From IMG/VR virus record IMGVR_UViG_3300023053_000014, positions 1 through 38,743 of that record: a DNA stretch of 38,743 bases. One strand, given 5' to 3'. Origin of the DNA: a virus (Duplodnaviria; Caudoviricetes). This document shows, one piece after another, positions 24,192-33,570 of this stretch (position 1 is its first letter; each line of letters begins with the position of its first letter). The notes below the pieces were generated by a model, which worked only from the letters and a program-made list of their open reading frames with translations, searched no databases and had not been told where the DNA came from. The position numbers and the translations under genes were made by a program.

Positions 24192-26314
24192 AGGCGGCTT
24201 CGAGTGACAAACATGCCGCGCCACTGTGCAGACTGGAACCAGCACTGGAACGGCAGACGGTTGACAAGGTGGATGCGGCAGGCTTCCGCGTTGGACAGCA
24301 CGGGGAAGCGCCGCGAACCGGAGTGGAACGTGGGGGACGAGGTGCGGAACGCCGAGTCGTTGAGGACGCGGGCGGTGTATGCACCGCTATGCGCAGCCAG
24401 GAAGGTCTCGCGGCGGCCGGTGCCCTTGCTCTCGACCTCGACCTCGAAGTAGGCCGCATCCTTGTATGCGACTTCGATGTCGCGCACCTGGAGGCGGCCG
24501 ATCAGCACGGCCTGCTTGTCCTCGGAGCGCATAAGCGGCCGGGTCAGCGTCAGCCTATGCTCGTAGTCCATGCCGACGACGACGCGGCCCTGCGCGTGGT
24601 TGCCAGGCAGCACCAGTCGTGTACCGCCATTCGCCCAAGCTGTACTTGCGGGCAGCTCCAGGTATGCACCAGGGTCTTCCCAATCGTCCGTCTTGAGGAC
24701 GGTGACGGCCATACCCTCATCAGCGATGAAGGGTAGGTCGATCCAGGTCTGATTACCGAAGGCTTGGTAGGAAGGCTGCACCACCGTCATGCGGTCCATC
24801 AGGTAGGTGTAGTCGGCCGTGACGTCGGAATCTTCCTGATTCAGCGCCAGGTTGAACCGCAGCAGCTCGCAGCCGCCCGCGGGTGAGGCGGCCACCACGT
24901 ACAGGGTGTCCGCAATGCAGTGCATGTGGACCACACGGCCAACACCCGAGATCGTCCAGCGAGTCCAAGAGGACTGCTGCTTCTCGTCGCCAGCCCATCG
25001 CACGAAGTAGGCGTACACCTGCGATTCGCGGGGATTGTCCAGCGCCACGAACACAGCATCGGCCTGGTCGCCGGTTGCGAGCGCGCGGATGCGGCCGGGA
25101 ATGTAGCGGGGAACATGCGCTGTCACGTCGGCGGCGTCGCCGGTAACCTCGGTGTCGTCCATGAAGTATTCGCGGATCGTGGCGTACTTGCCTTCGTCAT
25201 CGACGGAGTACAGAGACTCGCCCATCAGCCTCGGCTTCACCCAGGGGGAGGAGCTGTAGGAATTGACCGGGTCGGACTTGACGTACTTGGATGCCATGTA
25301 CGGTTCGGCAGTGAGCATGTGCTGGCCGCCTGCCGCCGCCAGGAACAGCGACGACTTGAAGGGCACCGCGTGGTAGAGCGTGGTCACGCCATTGGTCACG
25401 ACCGCGGTGTCGATGGGGTCGCTGTCGAGGACCTGGGTGACCGACGTCCGCCAGAGGTTGTACGGGTCGGTGACCTCGGACAGCAGCACGTTCTCAGTGG
25501 AGAGGAAACCCAGGCGCTCCCGATGAAGGAAGACGTCGCGGATGCGCTGGCCGTCCAAGGACGGCGGCGGGTTCGAGTCTTCATCGCCGGAGAGGCGCGC
25601 GGTCCACTCGGGGGCACCGAGCGAGAACCAGAAGCCGTCCGCGTGGATGGGGTCGGGGATGCGCTTGAGGATCAGCGGCATCGTCTTCGAGTCGAAGCGG
25701 TGTTTGATGCCGGGCTTGGCTACTTCGAGGTAGACCTTCTCCGACTGCTTCTGGACGTAGTAGTCGTCGAACTCCGAGAGATCGGAGCCAATGACGTTGT
25801 AGATAGCACCTGTCGGCACCATCGCTGCGTCCTTGCCGCTCGGCAGGTCGGACATCGTCTGCACGGAGCCGACCAAGGTGCCGGGCGACAGTTCGTCCGA
25901 CAGCTTCACCGACACCAGACGGTTCACGATGAAGGTGGTGTCGGCGTAGGTGCAGGTGGAGAACACCGACCACGGGCGCTGGCCCTGGGTGTCCAGATAG
26001 TCCAGTGCGGCCCCTGTGACGTTCACGGTGTATTCGTAGGCCGTCTCATGGTCAAACACTCGAACCGAGCGATGGCCGACGACCACGATGTAGCGCTCGG
26101 TGTCGTCGCGGACGATGGAGTGGAAGTGTGAATCGGGATTGAGGTCGGCGCGCAGGTTGCCCACGAATTCCGCTGGCGGGCGCTTGCCCGCGCCCATTGC
26201 CGCGTGCATCCAAGCGTTGACCGCCTCGGAGAGCTGTGATGGCGACCGGACGGTGTCGTCCTGTTGCGAGGTGCCGCCAAGGAAGGTCGGATAGGTTCCG
26301 GAGACCAGAGGCAT
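24188..26314 (-). CDS. Tail tubular protein B (gp12-like nozzle)
   Basis: MPLVSGTYPTFLGGTSQQ...KRPP, HRERLGFL, DVTAHVPRYI, QQSSWTRW. Confidence 0.92.
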   Translation of the reverse strand: MPLVSGTYPTFLGGTSQQDDTVRSPSQLSEAVNAWMHAAMGAGKRPPAEFVGNLRADLNPDSHFHSIVRDDTERYIVVVGHRSVRVFDHETAYEYTVNVTGAALDYLDTQGQRPWSVFSTCTYADTTFIVNRLVSVKLSDELSPGTLVGSVQTMSDLPSGKDAAMVPTGAIYNVIGSDLSEFDDYYVQKQSEKVYLEVAKPGIKHRFDSKTMPLILKRIPDPIHADGFWFSLGAPEWTARLSGDEDSNPPPSLDGQRIRDVFLHRERLGFLSTENVLLSEVTDPYNLWRTSVTQVLDSDPIDTAVVTNGVTTLYHAVPFKSSLFLAAAGGQHMLTAEPYMASKYVKSDPVNSYSSSPWVKPRLMGESLYSVDDEGKYATIREYFMDDTEVTGDAADVTAHVPRYIPGRIRALATGDQADAVFVALDNPRESQVYAYFVRWAGDEKQQSSWTRWTISGVGRVVHMHCIADTLYVVAASPAGGCELLRFNLALNQEDSDVTADYTYLMDRMTVVQPSYQAFGNQTWIDLPFIADEGMAVTVLKTDDWEDPGAYLELPASTAWANGGTRLVLPGNHAQGRVVVGMDYEHRLTLTRPLMRSEDKQAVLIGRLQVRDIEVAYKDAAYFEVEVESKGTGRRETFLAAHSGAYTARVLNDSAFRTSSPTFHSGSRRFPVLSNAEACRIHLVNRLPFQCWFQSAQWRGMFVTRSRL

Positions 26315-26904
26315 TAGACGTCCCAAATGTCAGAAACGTCCGACGAGCCGGACAGGAAGTTGTGGCCGCGCGCGTAGACGAAGTCGGCGTGTTCAAGCCC
26401 GAAAATCTCGAATGCTTCCCGCTCATGGTCTTCGTTGAAGACGTAGAGCTGGTCACTGCCGAGCTGCTTGGTCTGGAAGATTCGAGCTGCGCGGATTGCG
26501 ATGTAGCGGCGGGCGGACTCGGGAAGGTCCTCGAAGTCCAGATGCCACACGATGTTGGTGGCGGTCGGTGCCGCTGAGAATTTGTCCTCGCCAGTGCGGG
26601 GGTTGATGACGCGGGTTCCTCGGACCACCAGAGGGGTGCCGCCGCGGACCGGGGTCATCTTGAGGATTGACGCGGGCGGCAGTACGCGTCCCTCGGCGTC
26701 CAGGGTGAACGTGTAGGTGTCCTGCTCGTTGAACCACCAGCCCTTCGTCTGCACCTCACGGCTGACAGCGCGGAGGGTATCGAAGGCGATGGACGCGTCC
26801 ACGTTGCCGAGTGCTTCCAGGTCGCTGATCGGGGTTTCTCCGATTGCGCCGAGCATTTCGTTGACGGCCTCCAGAGTGGTCGTCGGGGTAAGTTCCATTG
26901 CCAT
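26314..26904 (-). CDS. Tail tubular protein A (gp11-like)
   Basis: LEAVNEMLGAIGETPI, VQTKGWWFN, FEDLPESARRYI. Confidence 0.92.
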   Translation of the reverse strand: MAMELTPTTTLEAVNEMLGAIGETPISDLEALGNVDASIAFDTLRAVSREVQTKGWWFNEQDTYTFTLDAEGRVLPPASILKMTPVRGGTPLVVRGTRVINPRTGEDKFSAAPTATNIVWHLDFEDLPESARRYIAIRAARIFQTKQLGSDQLYVFNEDHEREAFEIFGLEHADFVYARGHNFLSGSSDVSDIWDV

Positions 26905-26921
26905 GTGGGTAGGTTCCGGGC

Positions 26922-26959
26922 AAAAAAACGGGGGACACCCGTGAATGGATGTCCCCCGT
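26922..26959 (-). terminator. T-phi-like terminator after the capsid gene
   Basis: Minus strand ACGGGGGACATCC-ATTCAC-GGGTGTCCCCCGT followed by a T run. Confidence 0.85.
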
Positions 26960-27023
26960 AGGTGGAGAGAGAAGGCCCGCCGATTTGCGCTTACGTGCAG
27001 AGGCGTGGCGGGCGTATTGCGGG

Positions 27024-27974
27024 TTAGGCCTTCGACAGCTCGATGGCACCACGCGGGTCGAGTTCACCGTGGCCCAGCGCGTACTTCGCCAGCATCAGGG
27101 TGCCCTGCTTCTCGCCCTGGTAAACGTCTTCCAGGGCCAGGTCCAGCAGCTTGAGCGTGCCCACCGCCGAGCGATGGAAGATCACGCCCACGGTGTTGCT
27201 GTAGTCACCGCGGTACTTCGACAGCACCTTCGCGGCCGAGGTCTCGTTGGCCTTCGGCATCGAGTTGATCTTCACCAGCGGGATGCGGGCGATGGAGGCG
27301 ATGGTCGCCTGGCCGTAGGAGCCGTTCGATTCCGGGTTGATGTCGCGGTCGATCAGGTCCTTGTTCTCGGTCAGCAGATACCACTGAGCCGGGGACAGTG
27401 CGCCCGTGAACTCATTGGTGTTGTCCGGCAGCAGCTTCTCGTCGAAGATCATGCGGGCCTGGCGGAAGGCATCGGCCAGCACGCTCGGGTCGGAAGCCAG
27501 GGTCGCCGCCGAGATCACGGCACCGCCCGGCTGGCCTTCGACCTTGCCTTCGGTGATGCGTGCGGCACGGATGGCGCAGCGCAGCTCGTTCAGCATTCGC
27601 TTCTGCGCCAGTTCCAGGCCCTGCTGGCGGGTGTACTCGGAACGCACGTCGTAGTGGTTCATCGCTTCGTCGATGTTGGCGATGAAGGCGTGCGAGATCA
27701 GCATCGGGTCGAGCGTCAGGATCGTCTCGTTGTGTTCGACGATCATGCCGTTGATCTCGGTGCCCGGCACGTGGTACTCGGAGCCGATGGTGCCCATGTT
27801 CGGGAACGACGCCGACTTGCCGCTGTCGATGTTGCGGTTGGTCACGCGGCCGTCGAGCTTGTAGTTCTCGACGTAGCTGGTGATGACCTCGGCGGTGTAG
27901 TTCTGCTTGAACAGTGCCCAATCATCGCCCGATGCCTGGACCTGACCGATGCGGGACGGATTCGCGTTGCTCAT
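27024..27974 (-). CDS. Major capsid protein (gp10-like)
   Basis: ALF...Y.AEV, RNIDSGKSASFP, HYDVRSEY, AVGTLKLLDL, KYALGHG.L.P. Confidence 0.95.
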   Translation of the reverse strand: MSNANPSRIGQVQASGDDWALFKQNYTAEVITSYVENYKLDGRVTNRNIDSGKSASFPNMGTIGSEYHVPGTEINGMIVEHNETILTLDPMLISHAFIANIDEAMNHYDVRSEYTRQQGLELAQKRMLNELRCAIRAARITEGKVEGQPGGAVISAATLASDPSVLADAFRQARMIFDEKLLPDNTNEFTGALSPAQWYLLTENKDLIDRDINPESNGSYGQATIASIARIPLVKINSMPKANETSAAKVLSKYRGDYSNTVGVIFHRSAVGTLKLLDLALEDVYQGEKQGTLMLAKYALGHGELDPRGAIELSKA

Positions 27975-28004
27975 GTAATTCCTTGGATTGAATGGAGGGG
28001 GGTA

Positions 28005-28757
28005 TTAGCGGAACAGGGCGCTGACACGCAGGCGGTCGGAGACCTCCTTGCGGTACGCCGGGTCTCGGCGATAGCGCGGATCGCGCATCGCATCGGTGAC
28101 CTGGGCTTGCGACAGGAACGGCTTGACGCCGCTGTCTGCGTTCGGCGCAGTCTTGCCCGCGATGAGGCGGCCATTGCCGCCGCGGAGAGCAACGATGCCT
28201 TGGACGGCCAGCGCGGCGCGGCCAGAATCGCCGGAGGTCACGGCCTCGTTGAAGGCACGCTTCTGCTCCGCACTGAGGTTGGTCTTGGCCCACTGGACCA
28301 GGCCCTTGTACTGATCGGCACCGCCAGCGGCGGAGAACACGGAGTTCTCGTAGTTCGCGCGGCGCGCGCCCAGGCCTTCGACATAGACGTCCACCAGCTC
28401 CTTCGGGTAGCCAGCTTTCGCCAGCTTCTCGTAGGACTCGGTGGACAGCGCGCCAGCGGAGTTGAACTCCTCGGCGAACGAGTCCAGGTTGAGACCTGCT
28501 TTCGACAACGCATCACGAGCGTCGTCTTCGGTGGTGTCCTCGACGGTCAGCGCCGAGGTGTCACCGTTGCCGCCCTTGTCGTCGGCCGGCTGTTGGGTAG
28601 CCGCGAAGGCGGCTTCCAGTTCTTCCACGGTGGCGAACTTACCGCCGAACAGGCGGCCGTCACCGTCACCGGTGCCGCCCTGTGCGGGCGGCTGCTGGTT
28701 GGCTGCGGGCTGGCCTTCGATCTGCACGATGGTTTCGGACTTGCCCGGCTGGCTCAT
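28005..28757 (-). CDS. Capsid scaffolding protein (gp9-like)
   Basis: AGGADQYKGLVQWA, AMRDPRYRRDPAYRKEV C-terminus. Confidence 0.9.
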   Translation of the reverse strand: MSQPGKSETIVQIEGQPAANQQPPAQGGTGDGDGRLFGGKFATVEELEAAFAATQQPADDKGGNGDTSALTVEDTTEDDARDALSKAGLNLDSFAEEFNSAGALSTESYEKLAKAGYPKELVDVYVEGLGARRANYENSVFSAAGGADQYKGLVQWAKTNLSAEQKRAFNEAVTSGDSGRAALAVQGIVALRGGNGRLIAGKTAPNADSGVKPFLSQAQVTDAMRDPRYRRDPAYRKEVSDRLRVSALFR

Positions 28758-28903
28758 TACTCGACCTCGGCGGCGACGGCGTTGCGGATCACCAGGCCGT
28801 TGGCCTTGCGGGTGATCTCGATGTTGCCCTTCTTCTCGAAGGCCGGTTCAGCCTTCGGCTGCTTGGCGGGCTTCTGGTCCTTGGTGTCGGTCTGTTCGCT
28901 CAT
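28757..28903 (-). CDS. 48-aa hypothetical protein between portal and scaffold
   Basis: MSEQTDTKDQKPAKQPKAEPAFEKKGNIEITRKANGLVIRNAVAAEVE; TAATG overlap with the scaffold start. Confidence 0.6.
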   Translation of the reverse strand: MSEQTDTKDQKPAKQPKAEPAFEKKGNIEITRKANGLVIRNAVAAEVE

Positions 28904-28910
28904 CTGCTTC

Positions 28911-30470
28911 TCACTGAGTGGGTGGTTGGGTCATCGCTGACGCGATGTTGGGTGCGGCGCGCACCATTGCTTCCTGCATCGCACCGTCCTGCTGCTCGGC
29001 GGCGAGTTCGTCGTCGGAGCGGATCAGGCCCTTCGTGGAAATGTCGGAGGCGGATGCGAGGCGAGCGATGGCTTCGCCAGAGTTGAGGCGACGGGCGACC
29101 TCTTGGTCACCGACGAGAGCCTTGGCGGCTTCGCCGAACTCCATGAGCTTGTTCAGGTCGTGACCGCGGCCGAGGGCTGCGATGCCGACCGTCACGCGGG
29201 GCTTGAGGAGTTCCGTGGGGAGCTGCGGCAGACGACCGGCGCGCTGGAGCTTGTCCAGGCGGCGGCGGATGAGCGGCAGCAGTAGTTGTTCAGCGGACAT
29301 CGAGTAGAAGCCACCGAGGGAGTCATCGAGTTCCTGGGACATCACACGGATCTCGTATGCGGTCACGCGCTCGCCGGGTCGCTGCACTGCGGAGCGCACG
29401 CCGAAGATCAGCTCCAGCGATTGCTTGAGCTGGTCGGCCTCGGTGCGAACGAAGTTCAGGTCGTAGGCCTTCTCAAGCTGGAGCGTCGATACGTCGGCCG
29501 CGTCGCCTCGGAGGACGGCACCGGACTCGGCTTCGACGAGCTGCTTCTCTCGGATAGCCGAGGTCGGCTTGAGGAACATGATGATTTTCGCCATCGCAGC
29601 GGCACCCTTGCGGATGGCCCTGCGCAGCGCTTCCAGGGACTCGAACGCTCCGACATAGTCGTACACCAGGCCCTCGCCGTAGTCGTCCGTGAGGGACGGC
29701 GGTGCAGCCACAGGAATCCAGGGACAGGCGTCGATGGGGTAGGTGCCAAAGGTCTCAGGGACCTCTACGCCTTCCACTTCCTGCACTACCTCCCACTGCT
29801 GGCCGTCTTCGGATCGACGAATCCAGGTGTAGAGATTGACGTCGTCGTTCTTCGTCTTTTCGTCGCGCTCGGTTGCGAGCTTCTGCACGACCGCGGCGCG
29901 GATCGCCTCGGGCAGCATCGCGGGTGCGATCTTGTCCAGGGTAATCATTTCCAAGGTATTGCCCAGGCCGTCCTTGTCGATGACGAAGGACGTCAGCGGG
30001 TAGAGCTTAGGCTTCCCCTCATCGGGGTCGTACAGCAGGAAGTTGCCGGTGACGATGGCGTGCTTGGCGGCTTCGGAGAGAACCGAGCGGATGCCGCTGG
30101 TCTCCAGGTCGTTGATGACCAGGCGCTCCACGTCCACCAGCGCGGCCTCCAGTTCGGAGGTTTCCACACCAGCCTGCTCGGCGATGTTCTCGGTGTCGGC
30201 TTGATCGGGGGACAGCTTGAAGATGCCCGCATTCGGCGGGAGCCACGAGAGCATGATCTTCGAGCCAAGCGCGTTGACGCACTTCGGGCCAGTGTCGATG
30301 TAGGCCGAGCCGGGCGAGCGGTTCTTGGCACCCTCGTCCACCCACAGGCGGGGGAGGGTGACCTTGGCGCAGCGCTTGGCGCGGGTCTCGGCTTCCTTTC
30401 GGTTGGTCTTGAGGTCTGCGTAGCGCTTCGCGGCCGTTACTTCATCGGCCGAGGACTGCTCATTCGCCAT
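28911..30470 (-). CDS. Portal / head-tail connector (gp8-like)
   Basis: G.KCVNALGSK, DYGEGLV, ERVTAYEIR...ELDDSLGGFYS, ALGRGHD. Confidence 0.95.
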   Translation of the reverse strand: MANEQSSADEVTAAKRYADLKTNRKEAETRAKRCAKVTLPRLWVDEGAKNRSPGSAYIDTGPKCVNALGSKIMLSWLPPNAGIFKLSPDQADTENIAEQAGVETSELEAALVDVERLVINDLETSGIRSVLSEAAKHAIVTGNFLLYDPDEGKPKLYPLTSFVIDKDGLGNTLEMITLDKIAPAMLPEAIRAAVVQKLATERDEKTKNDDVNLYTWIRRSEDGQQWEVVQEVEGVEVPETFGTYPIDACPWIPVAAPPSLTDDYGEGLVYDYVGAFESLEALRRAIRKGAAAMAKIIMFLKPTSAIREKQLVEAESGAVLRGDAADVSTLQLEKAYDLNFVRTEADQLKQSLELIFGVRSAVQRPGERVTAYEIRVMSQELDDSLGGFYSMSAEQLLLPLIRRRLDKLQRAGRLPQLPTELLKPRVTVGIAALGRGHDLNKLMEFGEAAKALVGDQEVARRLNSGEAIARLASASDISTKGLIRSDDELAAEQQDGAMQEAMVRAAPNIASAMTQPPTQ

Positions 30471-30630
30471 TGGGAATGGTCAGTCCGGAGTAGGTTGAGT
30501 CGTTCAGGTCGAGGCGCACCTTGGTCCGACGACGGGCGGCTGCTGCCTGCCCTGTCGGCTGGGTGTCCTGGCGGGTGAGGAGGACGGGGTCTTTCTCCTC
30601 CGCATCCGGCATCTTGGGCTTACTGCACAT
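30460..30630 (-). CDS. 56-aa virion-associated protein (gp7.3-like position)
   Basis: MCSKPKMPD...RLDL...SGLTIP pattern upstream of portal; manual translation. Confidence 0.65.
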   Translation of the reverse strand: MCSKPKMPDAEEKDPVLLTRQDTQPTGQAAAARRRTKVRLDLNDSTYSGLTIPNGE

Positions 30631-30810
30631 TTAGCGGCGGTTGCGTTCCTTGATTTCGACGAGCCGCAGTTCCTTGAGTTTCAGGATCAGGCGGCGCTCG
30701 CCTTGGCGGAGAAGGAACTCCTCGCGGCAGTCCTTCGGGTTGTAGATCGCCTCGGGGTACAGCTCGTCGAGGCGGTCGATCAGTTCGTAGGAGTGGAGCG
30801 GGATGTCCAT
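30631..30810 (-). CDS. 59-aa hypothetical protein, first late gene
   Basis: MDIPLHSYELIDRLDELYP...GERRLILKLK; AGGA SD; manual translation. Confidence 0.7.
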   Translation of the reverse strand: MDIPLHSYELIDRLDELYPEAIYNPKDCREEFLLRQGERRLILKLKELRLVEIKERNRR

Positions 30811-30879
30811 AGGTGTCCTAAGTAGAACTAAGGTTGGGAAACTTGCGTTTCCCCCGATGATGACGACTAAAACCCCGGC

Positions 30880-31416
30880 TTATTCAGCCAGGGCAGCAGC
30901 CCAGGAACGGAGGTTGTGGAGGGGGCCGTTGTTGTCCACGACCACGTCCACCAGGGCAGCGGAGACGCCGTTTTCGGAGGCATGGGCACCCACCTTGACG
31001 GCCGCCCGGCGCTCGACCTTGACGACCGCGCCGCCGTGCCAGTCGTGGATGAAGTCGGCCTCGTTGTCGAAGCGGACGTCCGAAACGACCACGCCGGTCG
31101 CACCTTCGCGGCGGGCCTGGCGAATCTTTTGTTCCACGACCTTGATCCACAGGTCACGGTCGATCATGTTGCGGCCCCATTCGGTGCCCACGGTCTGCAT
31201 CAGGTGACGCGGGGTCTGGCCGTCCAGCCAGTCGAGGGGTTGCTCCTTCTCGGGGCCGTCTTCCATCGCCGACAGCGGGAAGCCGGTGATGTCCGCCACG
31301 AAGGCCCGGATCGGGGCTGCGAAGGATAGCTTGATGAAACCGTGGTCGTTGACCAGGTAGTCGGCCAGGGTGTCCTTGCCGCTGCGGGCCAGGCCCGTGA
31401 TTCCGATGATCTTCAT
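30880..31416 (-). CDS. Deoxynucleoside monophosphate kinase
   Basis: IIGITGLARSGKDT P-loop, TPRHLMQTVGTEWGR, SDVRFDNEA, HASE. Confidence 0.92.
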   Translation of the reverse strand: MKIIGITGLARSGKDTLADYLVNDHGFIKLSFAAPIRAFVADITGFPLSAMEDGPEKEQPLDWLDGQTPRHLMQTVGTEWGRNMIDRDLWIKVVEQKIRQARREGATGVVVSDVRFDNEADFIHDWHGGAVVKVERRAAVKVGAHASENGVSAALVDVVVDNNGPLHNLRSWAAALAE

Positions 31417-31426
31417 GGGGACTCCA

Positions 31427-31455
31427 GAAAAGAGAAGGCCCGCGCTAGGCGGGCC
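31427..31455 (-). terminator. Third copy of the terminator+RBS cassette
   Basis: Minus strand GGCCCGC-CTAGC-GCGGGCC-TTCTCTTTT then CTGGAG. Confidence 0.65.
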
Positions 31456-31574
31456 AGTGGGGGAAATAAAATTTCGTTCAGGAAAGGCCGTGACGAGCTT
31501 TGTTGTTTCCCCCGGATGCATGGATACTTTGCTCAGGCACCGGATTGCCGGGGCCGCAACCAAGGAGAAATGGC

Positions 31575-31769
31575 ATGGCAGACGCTGATCGCCGCGTGGA
31601 AGTTCGTTACACCCACAAAACGGAAGAAGGCCGCTTCATCGAGTGGGGCCGCACGGTCACTCATGACGAAGGCAACAATCCGATTCCGGTGTCTTGTGCA
31701 ATCGTCGAACTCGATACCGGCAAGGTGATCGAGGTTGAGCCGAACCAGATTCGCTTCTTGGATCGTTAA
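31575..31769 (+). CDS. 64-aa antisense moron protein
   Basis: AAGGAG SD 7 nt before ATG; MADADRRVEVRY...GRFIEWG...AIVELDTGKVIEVEPNQIRFLDR, beta-rich and protein-like. Confidence 0.65.
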   Translation: MADADRRVEVRYTHKTEEGRFIEWGRTVTHDEGNNPIPVSCAIVELDTGKVIEVEPNQIRFLDR

Positions 31770-32599
31770 GCGGGTTTCCACAGGTTTACAGTCCCGCTCC
31801 GCGGGCTGTAGTCCCCGTACCGCAGAATGCGCGCGAGCCGGGCTTGCTGGATAGCGTCATCAACCGTGAGTGGCGTACTGCCACCACGGGGGATTCTGGT
31901 GGTGTAAGCGGTCTTCACTGCAGTCCACAGGGCCGCCAGGTGGACCTCGGGGGTCTCGTCCAGGTGCGCCTCGTGGACAGGCATCAGCAGCTCGTCGGCG
32001 AGCTTGTGGCCGATGCCGGGGAATCCCGTGTAGTGATCGACGGTGTCGCCCGTGAGCGTCTGCTTCATCCAGAACAGGTTGGCGTCATGCACGCTGATCG
32101 TTCGCGTACCGAGGTCGGGCTTGTTCGGGTTATAGAGACGGCCAGGGATCGTCTGCATGTCCTTGTCGATGGACACCATGATCCGGTTGCCTGGGCAGCG
32201 CTTCGGACGCGGGTGCGTCATCAGCAGGCCCAGGATGTCGTCGCCTTCCAGGTTCTCGATCTCGACGATCTTGTCCGCGTACTCCCGGTACACGAACTCA
32301 TCCAGGATGTACCAGAGGGCAGGCTTGGGTTTCTCGTTGCGGTTGGCCTTGTAGTCCGCCTTCACGTCCTTTCGGAAGTTGTGCTTCTTGCAGGACAGGG
32401 CCAGGACATACTTGGTCGTGCCAAACTTCTCCAGCAGGTCCTCAATGAACTCGTCGAGCTTCACCTTGGCGCGCTCGGGCTGGATGGCTTCGACGGTGTT
32501 GCCGTCGCCGTTCCAGTCGATGTTGGCGGTGTTTGAAAAGGCGAGCTGGTAGCGGAGGACGTCCGCGTCAATGATGAGAGTGGGGGACTTGTCGCTCAT
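31766..32599 (-). CDS. 5'-3' exonuclease (gp6-like)
   Basis: LIIDAD, NFRK...YKANR, LEGDDILG, SIDKDMQTIPG, GDTVDHYTGFPGIG. Confidence 0.93.
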   Translation of the reverse strand: MSDKSPTLIIDADVLRYQLAFSNTANIDWNGDGNTVEAIQPERAKVKLDEFIEDLLEKFGTTKYVLALSCKKHNFRKDVKADYKANRNEKPKPALWYILDEFVYREYADKIVEIENLEGDDILGLLMTHPRPKRCPGNRIMVSIDKDMQTIPGRLYNPNKPDLGTRTISVHDANLFWMKQTLTGDTVDHYTGFPGIGHKLADELLMPVHEAHLDETPEVHLAALWTAVKTAYTTRIPRGGSTPLTVDDAIQQARLARILRYGDYSPRSGTVNLWKPA

Positions 32600-32742
32600 G
32601 CGGCGTCTACCCACTGCCATCCCAGGAATCCCGTGGTGAACCAGCGGTGCAGTCGGGTGGGGCGAGTCTGAGCTGCCACCAGGAAATTGCCCCCGATGCG
32701 CCAGTAGCCCGCAGGCTTCGTCATATGGAATACCGAGGTCAC
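32596..32742 (-). CDS. 48-aa hypothetical protein
   Basis: GTG start MTSVFHMTKPAGYWRIGG...FLGWQWVDAA, coupled on both sides. Confidence 0.5.
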   Translation of the reverse strand: MTSVFHMTKPAGYWRIGGNFLVAAQTRPTRLHRWFTTGFLGWQWVDAA

Positions 32743-33050
32743 GGGCGCTCCTCGGGATGGCGTTCGTACCAAGCCTGTAGGTCCGCCGCATATCGCTGCA
32801 TACCGGCCTGATAGCCGGGGCCATCCCCGTTGGGAAACTCGTGCAGTTCGCACACGGTCTGCGGCATGGGCACAAGCTGGATGCCACCGCCCAGGTCGAA
32901 ACCGAGGCCAACGCCGGACGGCATTGGGGTCAGGACGATGTCGGTGCGGGAGGCGAGACACGCCCCGTGATCGGGGAACGGCGGCCAGGGCTTCATATCG
33001 CAGGCCGTCACGGCGAGGCACAGGGCCGCCAGGATCGCAAAGCGCTTCAC
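32739..33050 (-). CDS. Lipoprotein of unknown function
   Basis: Signal peptide II with lipobox LAVTAC. Confidence 0.65.
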   Translation of the reverse strand: MKRFAILAALCLAVTACDMKPWPPFPDHGACLASRTDIVLTPMPSGVGLGFDLGGGIQLVPMPQTVCELHEFPNGDGPGYQAGMQRYAADLQAWYERHPEERP

Positions 33051-33313
33051 TTCTCGTTCTCCTTGAGGACTTCGCGGGCGCTGACCTTGTCGGCGTTGCA
33101 GCGCATGAGACCGTCCTCTGCGTTCCCGCCGAAGCGGTAGAGGTCGTAGGTGGTGGTGGTGGGATCAGCCATGACCGCGTCGAGGGACTTGTGCGTCCCT
33201 TCGATCACGGTGGGCTGGAGGAACTGCTCAGGGTTTGCGCGCACCGAGGTGTGCGTCGCGCAGCCCGTCAGGAATGCGCTCATCGAGATAAGCGCGAACA
33301 GCAGGTTCTTCAT
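33047..33313 (-). CDS. o-spanin (Rz1-like lipoprotein)
   Basis: Lipobox FLTGC, C-terminal CNADK; overlaps the 3' end of the i-spanin gene. Confidence 0.7.
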   Translation of the reverse strand: MKNLLFALISMSAFLTGCATHTSVRANPEQFLQPTVIEGTHKSLDAVMADPTTTTYDLYRFGGNAEDGLMRCNADKVSAREVLKENEK

Positions 33314-33569
33314 TGCGTGCGGTCTCCACGGAACGATCCACGCGATTGCGTGCGTCCCGAATTGCTTGGTCGAGGGTGGCGCGGCGGATCGCCTCCCGGT
33401 TCAAGGTGGCGACCGACTGCTTGAGTTCGTCGAACTGCTCGGCTGTTTCTTCGAGCTTGCTGACGCGCTCCATTGCGGAGCGATAGGTGTGGACTGCGTA
33501 GGCACCAGCGCCCAGTGCAGCGATCAGCAGGAGGACGCCGATGCTGCGGAGGATGGTTGCAGGGGTCAC
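33228..33569 (-). CDS. i-spanin (Rz-like)
   Basis: N-terminal TM, coiled coil, C-terminal AVRAYLDERIPDGL motif; GTG start. Confidence 0.7.
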   Translation of the reverse strand: MTPATILRSIGVLLLIAALGAGAYAVHTYRSAMERVSKLEETAEQFDELKQSVATLNREAIRRATLDQAIRDARNRVDRSVETARNEEPAVRAYLDERIPDGLRDAHLGARKP

Positions 33570-33570
33570 G

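Noticed and set aside
26960-27070. T7 10A/10B-type capsid frameshift extension
   Set aside because: No slippery heptamer near the stop, and a terminator follows within about 65 nt
26949-28940. Long plus-strand ORFs (also 33711-35453, 29286-30578, 24920-26131, 9564-10805 and others)
   Set aside because: Antisense shadows of clearly identifiable minus-strand genes, common with high-GC codon usage
30811-30879. Phage RNAP promoter consensus upstream of the late genes
   Set aside because: Likely position, but I could not find a repeated ~20-bp motif elsewhere in the window to define it
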